A DNA stretch of 64,000 bases, from positions 1 through 64,000 of the forward strand of contig NZ_SBIV01000010.1 of the NCBI RefSeq assembly GCF_004765795.1, read 5' to 3'. A model generated the notes under the pieces. The model was not told where the DNA came from. It searched no databases and saw nothing but the letters and a program-made list of their open reading frames with translations. Both the position numbers and the translations under genes were made by a program. This DNA comes from Halorussus marinus (GTDB lineage: Archaea; Halobacteriota; Halobacteria; Halobacteriales; Haladaptataceae). This document shows, piece by piece, positions 48,241-57,931 of the stretch; the first letter of the stretch is position 1; the number at the start of each line of letters is the position of its first letter.

Positions 48241-48882
48241 TCAGTCGGACGGGCGGCGCGTTCGTGCTCCTTCGGCGTCGGCGGGAGCGAGAGACGGATA
48301 GACGAACGCGGCGATCGCTCGCTTCGCCTGTTCGGGCGCGTCGTCGTGATCGAGAGAGATCCTGCGGGCGCGAGCGGCGTGGATGACGTCGGTGATGAAC
48401 TGAGAGGTGTCCTCGACGTCGACCGCGCGAAAGCTCCCGCGCTCGATGCCTGCCCGCAGGACGTGCTCGATGTTGCCCCGGATGACCTCGTAGTGTTCGT
48501 TGAACGCCTCGCGGTGGGCCTCGTTGTGTTGGGCCTGGGCGAACAGTTCGTGGTACACCTTCATGCGCTCCCAGTGGTCGAACCTCTCGCCGAGTTCGGG
48601 GCCGAGAAGACACTGATCGATCCGGCCGTCCAGCGCCTCCCACGGGTTCTCGTCGTCGCCGAGTTTCGACTGGCTCTCGTACTGCCCGATGAGGTACTCC
48701 AGAAACGACGAGATGAGGTCGTGTTTCCCGTCGAAGTGGTAGTGGATGAGCGTCCGACTCTTCTCGAACTCCTCGCCGATGTCCCGGACCCGGAGGTCGG
48801 AGTAGCCGTGCTCGCTGAGCGCGCGGAACGTGGCCTCCATGATCGCTTCCCGCGTGTCGGGGGCCGTCTGCGAGGCGGTCAT
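48241..48882 (-). CDS. TetR/AcrR family regulator
   Basis: IMEATFRALSEHGYSDLRVRDIG...SRTLIHYHFDGKHDL. Confidence 0.9.
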   Translation of the reverse strand: MTASQTAPDTREAIMEATFRALSEHGYSDLRVRDIGEEFEKSRTLIHYHFDGKHDLISSFLEYLIGQYESQSKLGDDENPWEALDGRIDQCLLGPELGERFDHWERMKVYHELFAQAQHNEAHREAFNEHYEVIRGNIEHVLRAGIERGSFRAVDVEDTSQFITDVIHAARARRISLDHDDAPEQAKRAIAAFVYPSLAPADAEGARTRRPSD

Positions 48883-49124
48883 ACCCCTCACTACGCGCGA
48901 GGACCCTAAAGATCCGTGGAGACGAAACGACGCGGCTGTGCGGGCGAGGCCTGTCCGATCGTCGGGACGGACTGAGAGGGCTCTCGCCGGACAACTCGAA
49001 AGCGTCGCGGCGCGAGACTCGCCTCGTGGGGCTCGAAACGGGATGCCAACCGTTCGTCCTCGACTCGACCCGTCGGAGTCTCACCGCGCGCCGTCGGGAC
49101 GTTGGGGCTCGGCCGTCAAGTATC

Positions 49125-49140
49125 TTTACCAAATGGTCAA
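49125..49140. promoter_or_regulatory. Imperfect palindrome TTTACCAAATGGTCAA, candidate operator
   Basis: In the AT-rich promoter zone about 30 bp before the pirin ATG, divergent from TetR. Confidence 0.4.
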
Positions 49141-49171
49141 TCTTATCCCGGTCGAGCGCCTCCTCACAGCC

Positions 49172-49921
49172 ATGACATCGCGCGAGGCTACCGACGGACG
49201 AGTCGGGCCGGTCGCCGGCCAGACGGTCCGACACGGGACCGGCGTCAACTCGAATCGGGCCTTCCCGACGGACGCCCATCCGACCCACCTCGACCCGTTC
49301 GTGCTGTTCGAACGGTTCTACATCGACCCCGAGAAGGGGTTTCCGATGCACCGCCACGAGGGGTTCGAAATCGTCTCCTACATGATCGAAGGCGGGATGG
49401 ACCACGAGGACTCGCTCGGCGTCGAACACACCGCCTACGAGAACGAGGCGATGCGGATCACGACGGGAAGCGGCATCCGACACTCGGAGTTTCCCGCCGA
49501 CGGCGCGGCGTGCAACGGGCTCCAGTTCTGGGTCAATCTCCCGCGCGCGGACAAAGACGCCGACCCGGACTACGCCGACGCGACCACCGACGAGCTCCCG
49601 ATCCGCGAGCTGGACGGCGCGACCGTACGGACCGTCGTCGGCGACGGCTCGCCGATCGAACTCCGCACGCCGATGGAGTACCTCGACGCCCGCGTCTCCG
49701 ACGGCTGGACGTGGGAGCCCGACGAGGAGTGGACCGGCTTCGTCTACGGCGTCGAAGGCGCGGGGACCGTCGACGGAGACGCCTTCGGCGAGGGCGACGT
49801 ACTGCCGGTCGCGGACGGCCGGAGCGTCCGACTGGAGAGCGACGAGACGCTCCGGGCGGTCGCGGTGGCGGGGCGACCGCACGGCGAACCCATCCGACAG
49901 CGCGGCCCGTTCGTGCTCTGA
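49172..49921 (+). CDS. Pirin family protein
   Basis: DPFVL, GFPMHRHEGFE, HEDSLG, GSGIRHSE, LQFWVNLP, GPFV. Confidence 0.93.
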   Translation: MTSREATDGRVGPVAGQTVRHGTGVNSNRAFPTDAHPTHLDPFVLFERFYIDPEKGFPMHRHEGFEIVSYMIEGGMDHEDSLGVEHTAYENEAMRITTGSGIRHSEFPADGAACNGLQFWVNLPRADKDADPDYADATTDELPIRELDGATVRTVVGDGSPIELRTPMEYLDARVSDGWTWEPDEEWTGFVYGVEGAGTVDGDAFGEGDVLPVADGRSVRLESDETLRAVAVAGRPHGEPIRQRGPFVL

Positions 49922-50023
49922 ACTGGCCGGGTCGGCGCCGCAAGCGCCGCCGGGACCGTCCGGGGCCCGCGGGCCGGGAGGGTGAACCAAAGGCCTAAGA
50001 CCGCGGACTCCCTATCGGTCACC

Positions 50024-50389
50024 ATGAGCACGGACACTCAGGACGACGGGAACGACCTCGAAGAGCGGGTCACCAACTTCCTGCGGCGCAACTTCCCCCA
50101 GATCCAGATGCACGGGGGGAGCGCGGCGATCCAGAACATCGACCGCGAGACCGGAGAGGTCCACATCCAGCTCGGCGGCGCGTGCAGCGGGTGTGGCATC
50201 TCGCCGATGACGATCCAGGCGATCAAGAGCCGGATGGTCAAAGAGATCCCCGAGATCGAGCAGGTCCACGCCGACACCGGCATGGACGCCGGCGGTCACG
50301 GCGGTGGCGGCGGCATGAGCCCGTCGTTCCCCGGCGAGACCACCGACGACGGCGACGACGACGACGAGGGACCGCAGGCCCCGTTCTAA
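50024..50389 (+). CDS. NifU/NfuA C-terminal domain protein
   Basis: PQIQMHGG, LGGACSGC. Confidence 0.9.
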   Translation: MSTDTQDDGNDLEERVTNFLRRNFPQIQMHGGSAAIQNIDRETGEVHIQLGGACSGCGISPMTIQAIKSRMVKEIPEIEQVHADTGMDAGGHGGGGGMSPSFPGETTDDGDDDDEGPQAPF

Positions 50390-50482
50390 GTCCGGATTTC
50401 CGGGCCGAAACGGCCTCGTTCTTCGCGTACAGACCGGCTAACATCAGGATATTTATCCCGTCGCGGGTTGGACGGTGTTCGT

Positions 50483-52009
50483 ATGACCAACGACGACGCC
50501 GCGGGGAACGTCGTGTTCGTGGTCATGGACACGGTTCGCAAGAGCCACCTCTCAGTCTATGGCTACGACGAGCCGACGACGCCCGGCCTCGAGCGGTTCG
50601 CCGACGAGGCCGCCGTCTTCGAGCAGGCGGTCGCCCCCGCGCCGTGGACCCTACCCGTCCACGCGTCGCTGTTCACCGGGATGTACCCGAGCGAACACGG
50701 CGCGAGCCAGGAGAACCCCTATCTGGAGGGCGCGACGACGCTCGCGGAGTCGCTCTCGTCGGCCGGCTACGAGACCGCGTGTTACTCCTCGAACGCGTGG
50801 ATCACGCCCTACACCCACCTCACCGACGGCTTCGACGATCAGGACAACTTCTTCGAGGTGATGCCCGGCGAGTTCCTCTCGGGGCCGCTGGCGAAGGCCT
50901 GGAAGACGATGAACGACAACGACTCGCTCCGGAAGGTCGCCGACTACCTCGTGAGCGTCGGCAACAAGATCCACGAGTACACCGCCTCGGGCGAGGGCGC
51001 CGACTCGAAGACCCCGCAGGTGATCGACCGGACCATCGAGTTCATCGACGACGCCGACTCCGAGTACTTCGCGTTCGTCAACCTGATGGACGCCCACCTG
51101 CCCTATCACCCGCCCGAGGAGTACAGGGCGGAGTTCGCGCCCGGCGTCGACTCCACCGAAGTGTGCCAGAACTCCAAGGAGTACAACTGCGGCGCCCGCG
51201 AGATCGACGACGAGGAGTGGACCGCCATCGAGGGGCTCTACGACGCCGAGATCCGCCACATCGACGCCCAGCTCCAGCGGCTGTTCGGCTGGATGCGCGA
51301 GAACGACGAGTGGGACGACACCATGGTCGTCGTCTGCGCCGACCACGGCGAACTCCACGGCGAACACGGCCTCTACGGCCACGAGTTCTGCATCTACGAT
51401 CCGCTTGTCAACGTCCCGCTGATGGTCAAACACCCCGAGGTGGACGCCGAGCGCCGCGAGTCCCAGCAGGTCGAACTGCTCGACCTCTATCACACCGTGC
51501 TCGACCACGCCGGAGTCGACGCCGACCGCGCGACCGTCCCGCTGGACCGGACGCGGTCGCTCCTCGACGCCGACTACCGTGAGTTCGCCGAGAGCGACGC
51601 GGGGGCGGCCCCGGGGAGCCACCCCGGCGACGGCGAGTACGCCTTCGTGGAGTACTACCGCCCCGTCGTCGAGCTCAAACAGCTCGAACAGAAGGCCAGC
51701 GACGCCGGGATCACCCTCGACGAGGACTCGAGATTCTACTCTCGGATGCGGGCCGCCCGCCGCCCCGACGCGAAGTACATCCGCAACGAGCGCATCGCCG
51801 ACGAGTTCTACCACCTCGATTCGGACCCCGGCGAGCGCGACGACGCGCGCGGAGCGGACAGCGACGAGGAGGTCGAACTCGAAGCCGCGCTCTCGACGTT
51901 CGAGGAGAGCGTCGGCGGCGAGTGGAAGGCGGTCGACGACGAGGACGTGCTCGGCGAGATGAGCGACGACGCGAAAGACCGCCTGCAGGATCTGGGGTAC
52001 ATCGACTGA
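50483..52009 (+). CDS. Sulfatase-like (alkaline phosphatase superfamily) protein
   Basis: MDTVR, APWTLPVHASLFTG, DAHLPY, ADHGE, LYGH. Confidence 0.88.
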   Translation: MTNDDAAGNVVFVVMDTVRKSHLSVYGYDEPTTPGLERFADEAAVFEQAVAPAPWTLPVHASLFTGMYPSEHGASQENPYLEGATTLAESLSSAGYETACYSSNAWITPYTHLTDGFDDQDNFFEVMPGEFLSGPLAKAWKTMNDNDSLRKVADYLVSVGNKIHEYTASGEGADSKTPQVIDRTIEFIDDADSEYFAFVNLMDAHLPYHPPEEYRAEFAPGVDSTEVCQNSKEYNCGAREIDDEEWTAIEGLYDAEIRHIDAQLQRLFGWMRENDEWDDTMVVVCADHGELHGEHGLYGHEFCIYDPLVNVPLMVKHPEVDAERRESQQVELLDLYHTVLDHAGVDADRATVPLDRTRSLLDADYREFAESDAGAAPGSHPGDGEYAFVEYYRPVVELKQLEQKASDAGITLDEDSRFYSRMRAARRPDAKYIRNERIADEFYHLDSDPGERDDARGADSDEEVELEAALSTFEESVGGEWKAVDDEDVLGEMSDDAKDRLQDLGYID

Positions 52010-52021
52010 CCGCCCGCGTGC

Positions 52022-53047
52022 TTACACCGAGTCGACGCCGACGACGCTCACCACGGCGCCCCCGATCCCGATCGGAACCCAGTAGATTGCCCCCCGAAAG
52101 AGGATGACGGCGGCGAACGCCGTCTCCCAGCCGACCCCGATCCCCGGGAGACTCGAGAGGAGCGTGACCAACACCGCCTCGATCCCGCCCGCGCCGCCCG
52201 GGAGCGGCGTGACCCCCGCGATCGCGCCGACCGGAACCACGAACAGGAGCACGTCGAACGGGATCGGCGAGCCGATGGCGACGAACGCCAGCCAGAGCGC
52301 GATCATCTGGAACACCCACCCGAGCGTCGAGGCGCCGAGGGTGAGCGCCAGCCCCCGCCGGTTGGTCGCCACGCGCTCGATCGAGTCGAAAAACTCCGAC
52401 ACCCGGTGTTCTATCTTCTCGGGGCTGAGCGCGACGTCGACCGGCAGGACGCGCGAGACCCACTCGAGGGCGGGCGCGAGCACACGCGCGACGGTCCGTC
52501 GGAGCGCGCTCCGGTGGCGCCACCCGAAGAACGCCGCCACCGGGACCGCGACCGAGAGGCCGACGATCGCGGCCGTGGCGATCCGGAGCTGGCGGCCAAA
52601 CGACGTCTGGGTCGCGTAGAACCCCGCCCCGAGCAACGAGAGCGTGATCGAGGGGACGAAGTTGAGCGAGTCGACGCTCGCGATGGCCGCCAGTCCGCGC
52701 TCGTACTCGGTGTCGGCCACCTTCGAGATCAACAGCGCGGTAACCGGCTCGCCGCCGGCCTGTCCGAACGGCGTGATGTTGTTCGAGAACATCGCGCCGT
52801 TCAGGACGAAAAACGACTTCGCGAACGAGATGTCCGATCCGAGAACGTGGAGGACCGTCCGGAGGCCGTACCCCCAGGCGGCGAGCCACCCCAGCGTGGC
52901 CGCGACGAGCAACGCGACCGTCTCCGGGTCCGCCTGCCGGAGCTCGCGGAGCAGGTCCTCGACTCCGACGAAGTAGAGCAACAGCCCCAGGATGGCGAAG
53001 GTGCCGAGGAATCCGAGCGCGGTTGTGCGCAACTGCGCGCCGTTCAT
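52022..53047 (-). CDS. Lysylphosphatidylglycerol synthase TM / flippase-like membrane protein
   Basis: NNITPFGQAGGEP, TPLPGGAGGIE, FR...YW. Confidence 0.85.
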   Translation of the reverse strand: MNGAQLRTTALGFLGTFAILGLLLYFVGVEDLLRELRQADPETVALLVAATLGWLAAWGYGLRTVLHVLGSDISFAKSFFVLNGAMFSNNITPFGQAGGEPVTALLISKVADTEYERGLAAIASVDSLNFVPSITLSLLGAGFYATQTSFGRQLRIATAAIVGLSVAVPVAAFFGWRHRSALRRTVARVLAPALEWVSRVLPVDVALSPEKIEHRVSEFFDSIERVATNRRGLALTLGASTLGWVFQMIALWLAFVAIGSPIPFDVLLFVVPVGAIAGVTPLPGGAGGIEAVLVTLLSSLPGIGVGWETAFAAVILFRGAIYWVPIGIGGAVVSVVGVDSV

Positions 53048-53126
53048 GGGCGATGCTTGCCGCCTGCACTAATCAGTATGTCGGAACTCCCGCTCGAAAC
53101 GCGGGCGAGAGCCGCTTCGCGCCGGG

Positions 53127-54032
53127 TTAGGGGCGGCTTTCGGCGTTGGCGTCGGCCCACGCCCCCAACAGGTTCGCCAGCGTTCGGTTGACCGGGGCCG
53201 CGACGCCGAGTTCGTCGGCGTGGGCCGCGACGTGGCCGTTGATCGCTTCGACCTCGGTGTGGCGGCCGGCGAGCACGTCCTGGAGGGTCGAGGACGCGTT
53301 CTCGGCGGTGTCGGCCGCCACCGCGTCGAGCGCTCGGACCGCGTCGGCGTCCGAGAGTTCGATCCCGGCGGCCCGCGCGACGCGGGCGGTCTCGCGGGCG
53401 GCGTCGGTCGCGACCGCGCGAGCGGGACCGGACCGAACCCCGCCGTTCTGCGTCCGGGCGAGCGCCGTGGTCGCGTTGATGCCCGCGTTGACCGCGAGCT
53501 TCCGCCAGCGCCGGCGGGGCATGTCGTCGGCGACGGTCGTCTCGATGCCGGCCGCCCGGAAGGCCCGCCCCGCCTCGTCGGCGACTTCGGCGGTGCCGCC
53601 CCCGCGGGGGCCGAGGACGACCTCGCCCTCGCCGGTACACGCGACCACGCCCGGCCCGGTCAGGCGCGCGCCGTAGGTCGCGGTGCCGGCAAGCACCGGA
53701 CACTCGAGGCGGTCGGCGAGGATCGCCTCGTTTCCCATCCCGTTCTGGAGCGAGAGCGCGGCGTCGAACGCGCCGGTGGCGAGCGCCTCGGCGGCCGCCT
53801 CGGTGTCGAACGCCTTGACCGTCACCACCGCGAGGTCGGCCCCGAGGCCGGTCCCGTCGGTGGTGGCCGCGGGCGAGACCGAAAAGTCGTACGTCCCCTC
53901 GACGCGGAGTCCCGACTCGCGGACGGTCGCGACGTGGGGGTCCCGGCCGACGAGCGTGACCGCGTGCTCGCGGGCGAGCAAGCCCCCGACGAGGCTCCCG
54001 AGGCTCCCCGCACCGAAGACGACGATCTCCAT
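53127..54032 (-). CDS. panE: Ketopantoate reductase
   Basis: FGAGSLG, TVKAFD, LQNGMG, WRKLAVNAGIN, SSTLQD, TEVEAING. Confidence 0.92.
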   Translation of the reverse strand: MEIVVFGAGSLGSLVGGLLAREHAVTLVGRDPHVATVRESGLRVEGTYDFSVSPAATTDGTGLGADLAVVTVKAFDTEAAAEALATGAFDAALSLQNGMGNEAILADRLECPVLAGTATYGARLTGPGVVACTGEGEVVLGPRGGGTAEVADEAGRAFRAAGIETTVADDMPRRRWRKLAVNAGINATTALARTQNGGVRSGPARAVATDAARETARVARAAGIELSDADAVRALDAVAADTAENASSTLQDVLAGRHTEVEAINGHVAAHADELGVAAPVNRTLANLLGAWADANAESRP

Positions 54033-54152
54033 GTCCGAGCCTTGTGCTCGCGGGTAGAAAAGTCGCCCCGTCTCGGGTCCGCGCGAGTGGCCGTGGCGGG
54101 CGAGGTCGCTGGTAGCCCAACCGTTAACCCGCCGAGTCCCCGAGGGCGGGGC

Positions 54153-55181
<1,029 letters not shown>

Positions 55182-55203
55182 GGCGAGGTCGGTCGGCGGC
55201 CGC

Positions 55204-55542
55204 TCAGTCCTCGGTCCAGTACATCAGCGCCTCCTTTGGCTCCCCGCAGTTCGGACACTTCTCGGGGAGGCCGCCGTCGATCTCGCCCATCTCGCCGCAC
55301 TCGGTACACCGCCACATCAGCTCCGCCTCGCCGAAGTCGTGGCCCGCGCGGGCGTGCTCGACGCTGAGTCCCTCGACGCCCTCGCGAGTCGTCACGAAGA
55401 ACCCGCCCTCCTCGAACCCCCGGATCGTCCCGAGCTCGGTCCCGTCCTCGTCGTAGACGGTCGCGCCCAGATCGAGCCGCATGATCGCTTCCTCCGCCTC
55501 CGGTTCCCCCTCCTCGGCCGGCGTTTCACCTTCCCCACTCAT
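55204..55542 (-). CDS. Small protein with PRC-like N-part and rubredoxin-like C-terminus
   Basis: WRCTECG...PEKCPNCG.PKE. Confidence 0.85.
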   Translation of the reverse strand: MSGEGETPAEEGEPEAEEAIMRLDLGATVYDEDGTELGTIRGFEEGGFFVTTREGVEGLSVEHARAGHDFGEAELMWRCTECGEMGEIDGGLPEKCPNCGEPKEALMYWTED

Positions 55543-55667
55543 GGGAGAGGCTACGCTCTCGGACCTGATAAACTTCCTCGCCCGAAAACGGATCGGCGAC
55601 CGACCCGAACGCTCGACCCGTCGCGTCGAACCGAAAAAGACCGACTCCGAGGCGAGTCCGCCGGGCC

Positions 55668-56582
55668 TCAGGCGATCTCGTCGTACTGCTCGGAGAGCTT
55701 GTCCGCGGCCTCACCGAGCTGTTCGCGCTCGAACTCGGTGAGGTCCCACTCGACGACCTCCTCGACGCCGTCGGCGCCGAGCTTCAGCGGCACGCCGAGC
55801 GCCACGTCGTCGTGACCGTACTCGCCGTCGAGCTTGATCGAGCCCGGCAGTACCTCGCCGGTGTCGCGGACCACGGCCTCGACCATGTGGCCGACGCCGG
55901 TCGCCGGCCCCCACTCGGTCGCGCCCTTCTTCTCGATGACGTTCATCGCACTCTGCTGGAGCTCTTCGAGGATCTCCTCTTTCTCCTCGTCGCTGAACTC
56001 GGGGTCCTTGCCGTTCGCGCGGACCTTCGAGAACACCGGCACCTGAGCGTCGCCGTGCTCGCCGAGGATCGTCGCCTCGACGTTCCCGACCGGCTCGTCG
56101 AACCGCTGGCTCAGCACGTAGCGGAACCGCGCGGAGTCGAGCCGGCCGCCGAAGCCGATGACCTGCTCGCGGGCGCGGTCGCCCGTCTCGTAGAGGTGGC
56201 GGTTCAGCAGATCGACCGGGTTCGAGGTCGTGATGGTGACGAAGTCGTCGTTGTGCTCGGCGATCGAGGAGCCGATGTCCTCCATGATCGGAGCGTTGTC
56301 GCCCGCGAGGTCGATGCGGGTCTGGCCGGGCTGGCGCGGGATGCCGGCCGTGATGACGACCACGTCCGAGCCCTCGGTCGCGGCGTAGCCGCCCTGTCGG
56401 ACCGTGGTGTTCGCGTCGTAGGCCGCGCCGTGGTTCACGTCGGCGGCCTGCCCGACGGTGTCGTCTTCCTTGTCCGGGATGTCGACCAAGACCAGTTCGT
56501 CGGCGATGTCACGAAGCGCGATGTTGTACGCCGCCGCGGCCCCGACCGTGCCGGCCGCGCCGACCACACTGATTTTCGTCAT
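55668..56582 (-). CDS. mdh: Malate dehydrogenase (LDH-like)
   Basis: [39 protein letters not shown]. Confidence 0.96.
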   Translation of the reverse strand: MTKISVVGAAGTVGAAAAYNIALRDIADELVLVDIPDKEDDTVGQAADVNHGAAYDANTTVRQGGYAATEGSDVVVITAGIPRQPGQTRIDLAGDNAPIMEDIGSSIAEHNDDFVTITTSNPVDLLNRHLYETGDRAREQVIGFGGRLDSARFRYVLSQRFDEPVGNVEATILGEHGDAQVPVFSKVRANGKDPEFSDEEKEEILEELQQSAMNVIEKKGATEWGPATGVGHMVEAVVRDTGEVLPGSIKLDGEYGHDDVALGVPLKLGADGVEEVVEWDLTEFEREQLGEAADKLSEQYDEIA

Positions 56583-56739
56583 ACCACCTGAGATACTGCC
56601 CGCAAATCGGTTAAGCGCTTCGAAACCTCGAAAAACAGAGAGGCCGGTTCCCGCGACGCGTCGGGCCTCGATCGGCGATGTCGGTCCCGCCACGGCCGCG
56701 AGCGCGACACTTTTCGGCCCCGACCGCCTTGTGGCACGT

Positions 56740-57456
56740 ATGAGCACGGACGACGGCGACGACGACGGATTCGACAAGGAGGCCGAGCGCGAGAAGCTCC
56801 GAGAGAAGTACGGGAAAGACAAGCAAGATCGGGAGTCGACCCAGCGGATGAGCGAACTCCTCCTCCAGGGCGCGACGATGACGGGCAAACACTGCAACAA
56901 CTGCGGAGACCCGATCTTCCGGTCCGACGGTCAGGAGTTCTGTCCGACCTGCCAGCACGAGGGCCAGCAGGCCCGGAACGCCGACGAGACCGAGCGTCCG
57001 GCGGGCGCGGACCGCGCCGACGCCCCGGGACCCGACGCCGGCGAGGTCGCATCCGGATCGGCCGGCGACCCCAGCGCGCAGTCGGGCGACGGCGAGCCGC
57101 GGGTCGAGATCGACGACGTTCGGGTCCCAGACGCCCACGCCGACCGGTCGGAGCTCCGAACCCCGCCGTCCCAGCGGGACCGAGACGCCGGCGCACGGGC
57201 GCCCGAGCGCGACCGGGATCGTGCCCGCGGGAGCGGTCGGGGCGCCGGCGACCGGGCGCAGGGCCGAGAGTCGACCCGAGATGCCACTGCGAGCGCGGGC
57301 GGTATCGACGCCGCGCGAGCCTCGCTGGTCCGAACGCTGAACGACCTCGCGCGGCGCGCGGAGGACGCCGACGACGTGGCCCGCACGCGGGACCTCCTCG
57401 GCGCGAGCCGCGAGGCCGCCGAGGCGCTGGCGGCGCTCGACCGGGCGAGTCGGTAA
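56740..57456 (+). CDS. Zn-ribbon protein, UPF0148/SSSCA1 (autoantigen p27) family
   Basis: [24 protein letters not shown]...FCPTC. Confidence 0.85.
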   Translation: MSTDDGDDDGFDKEAEREKLREKYGKDKQDRESTQRMSELLLQGATMTGKHCNNCGDPIFRSDGQEFCPTCQHEGQQARNADETERPAGADRADAPGPDAGEVASGSAGDPSAQSGDGEPRVEIDDVRVPDAHADRSELRTPPSQRDRDAGARAPERDRDRARGSGRGAGDRAQGRESTRDATASAGGIDAARASLVRTLNDLARRAEDADDVARTRDLLGASREAAEALAALDRASR

Positions 57457-57477
57457 ATAGGCTCGAAGAAAACGCGG

Positions 57478-57753
57478 TTATCGCTCGCTCGTCTCGGCGG
57501 TCCGGGTCGCCCGCGAGCCGAGCGAGTCCGGCTCGAGCGGGGCGTTCCGGAGGCGCGCGAACAGCAACTCGACGTCCCAAGTCTCGGCCACATCGGCGGA
57601 CTCGTGCTGGGGCTCGCCGTAGAGGGCCTGTTCGTCGCGGGCGTCGCCCGGCTCGTGGCACGGCTCGCCGTACAGGCACTGCTCGTCGACCGGGCCGCGG
57701 TCGGGGTCGGCCCGCGAGCGCGCCGAACCGCTTCGGGAGGTGTCGAAGACCAT
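57478..57753 (-). CDS. Small hypothetical protein with an internal 17-aa duplication
   Basis: DEQCLYGEPCHEPGDAR / DEQALYGEPQHESADVA; TTAAG box about 27 bp upstream. Confidence 0.55.
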   Translation of the reverse strand: MVFDTSRSGSARSRADPDRGPVDEQCLYGEPCHEPGDARDEQALYGEPQHESADVAETWDVELLFARLRNAPLEPDSLGSRATRTAETSER

Positions 57754-57931
57754 ACCTACCGTACCGTATCGGCGCCCTTAACTGGGGGACGCCGTTCCGA
57801 CGAGTTTCGATCCCAAACGCGCGATTGAACCCCGACCGTTCGAACCAAGGCGCTGTTTCTACCCCCGGGGTCGGGCTGACCGTTCCGGAGAAACGAGTCG
57901 TTTCTCCCCCGGAGCGGGCCCCGACGGCCGG

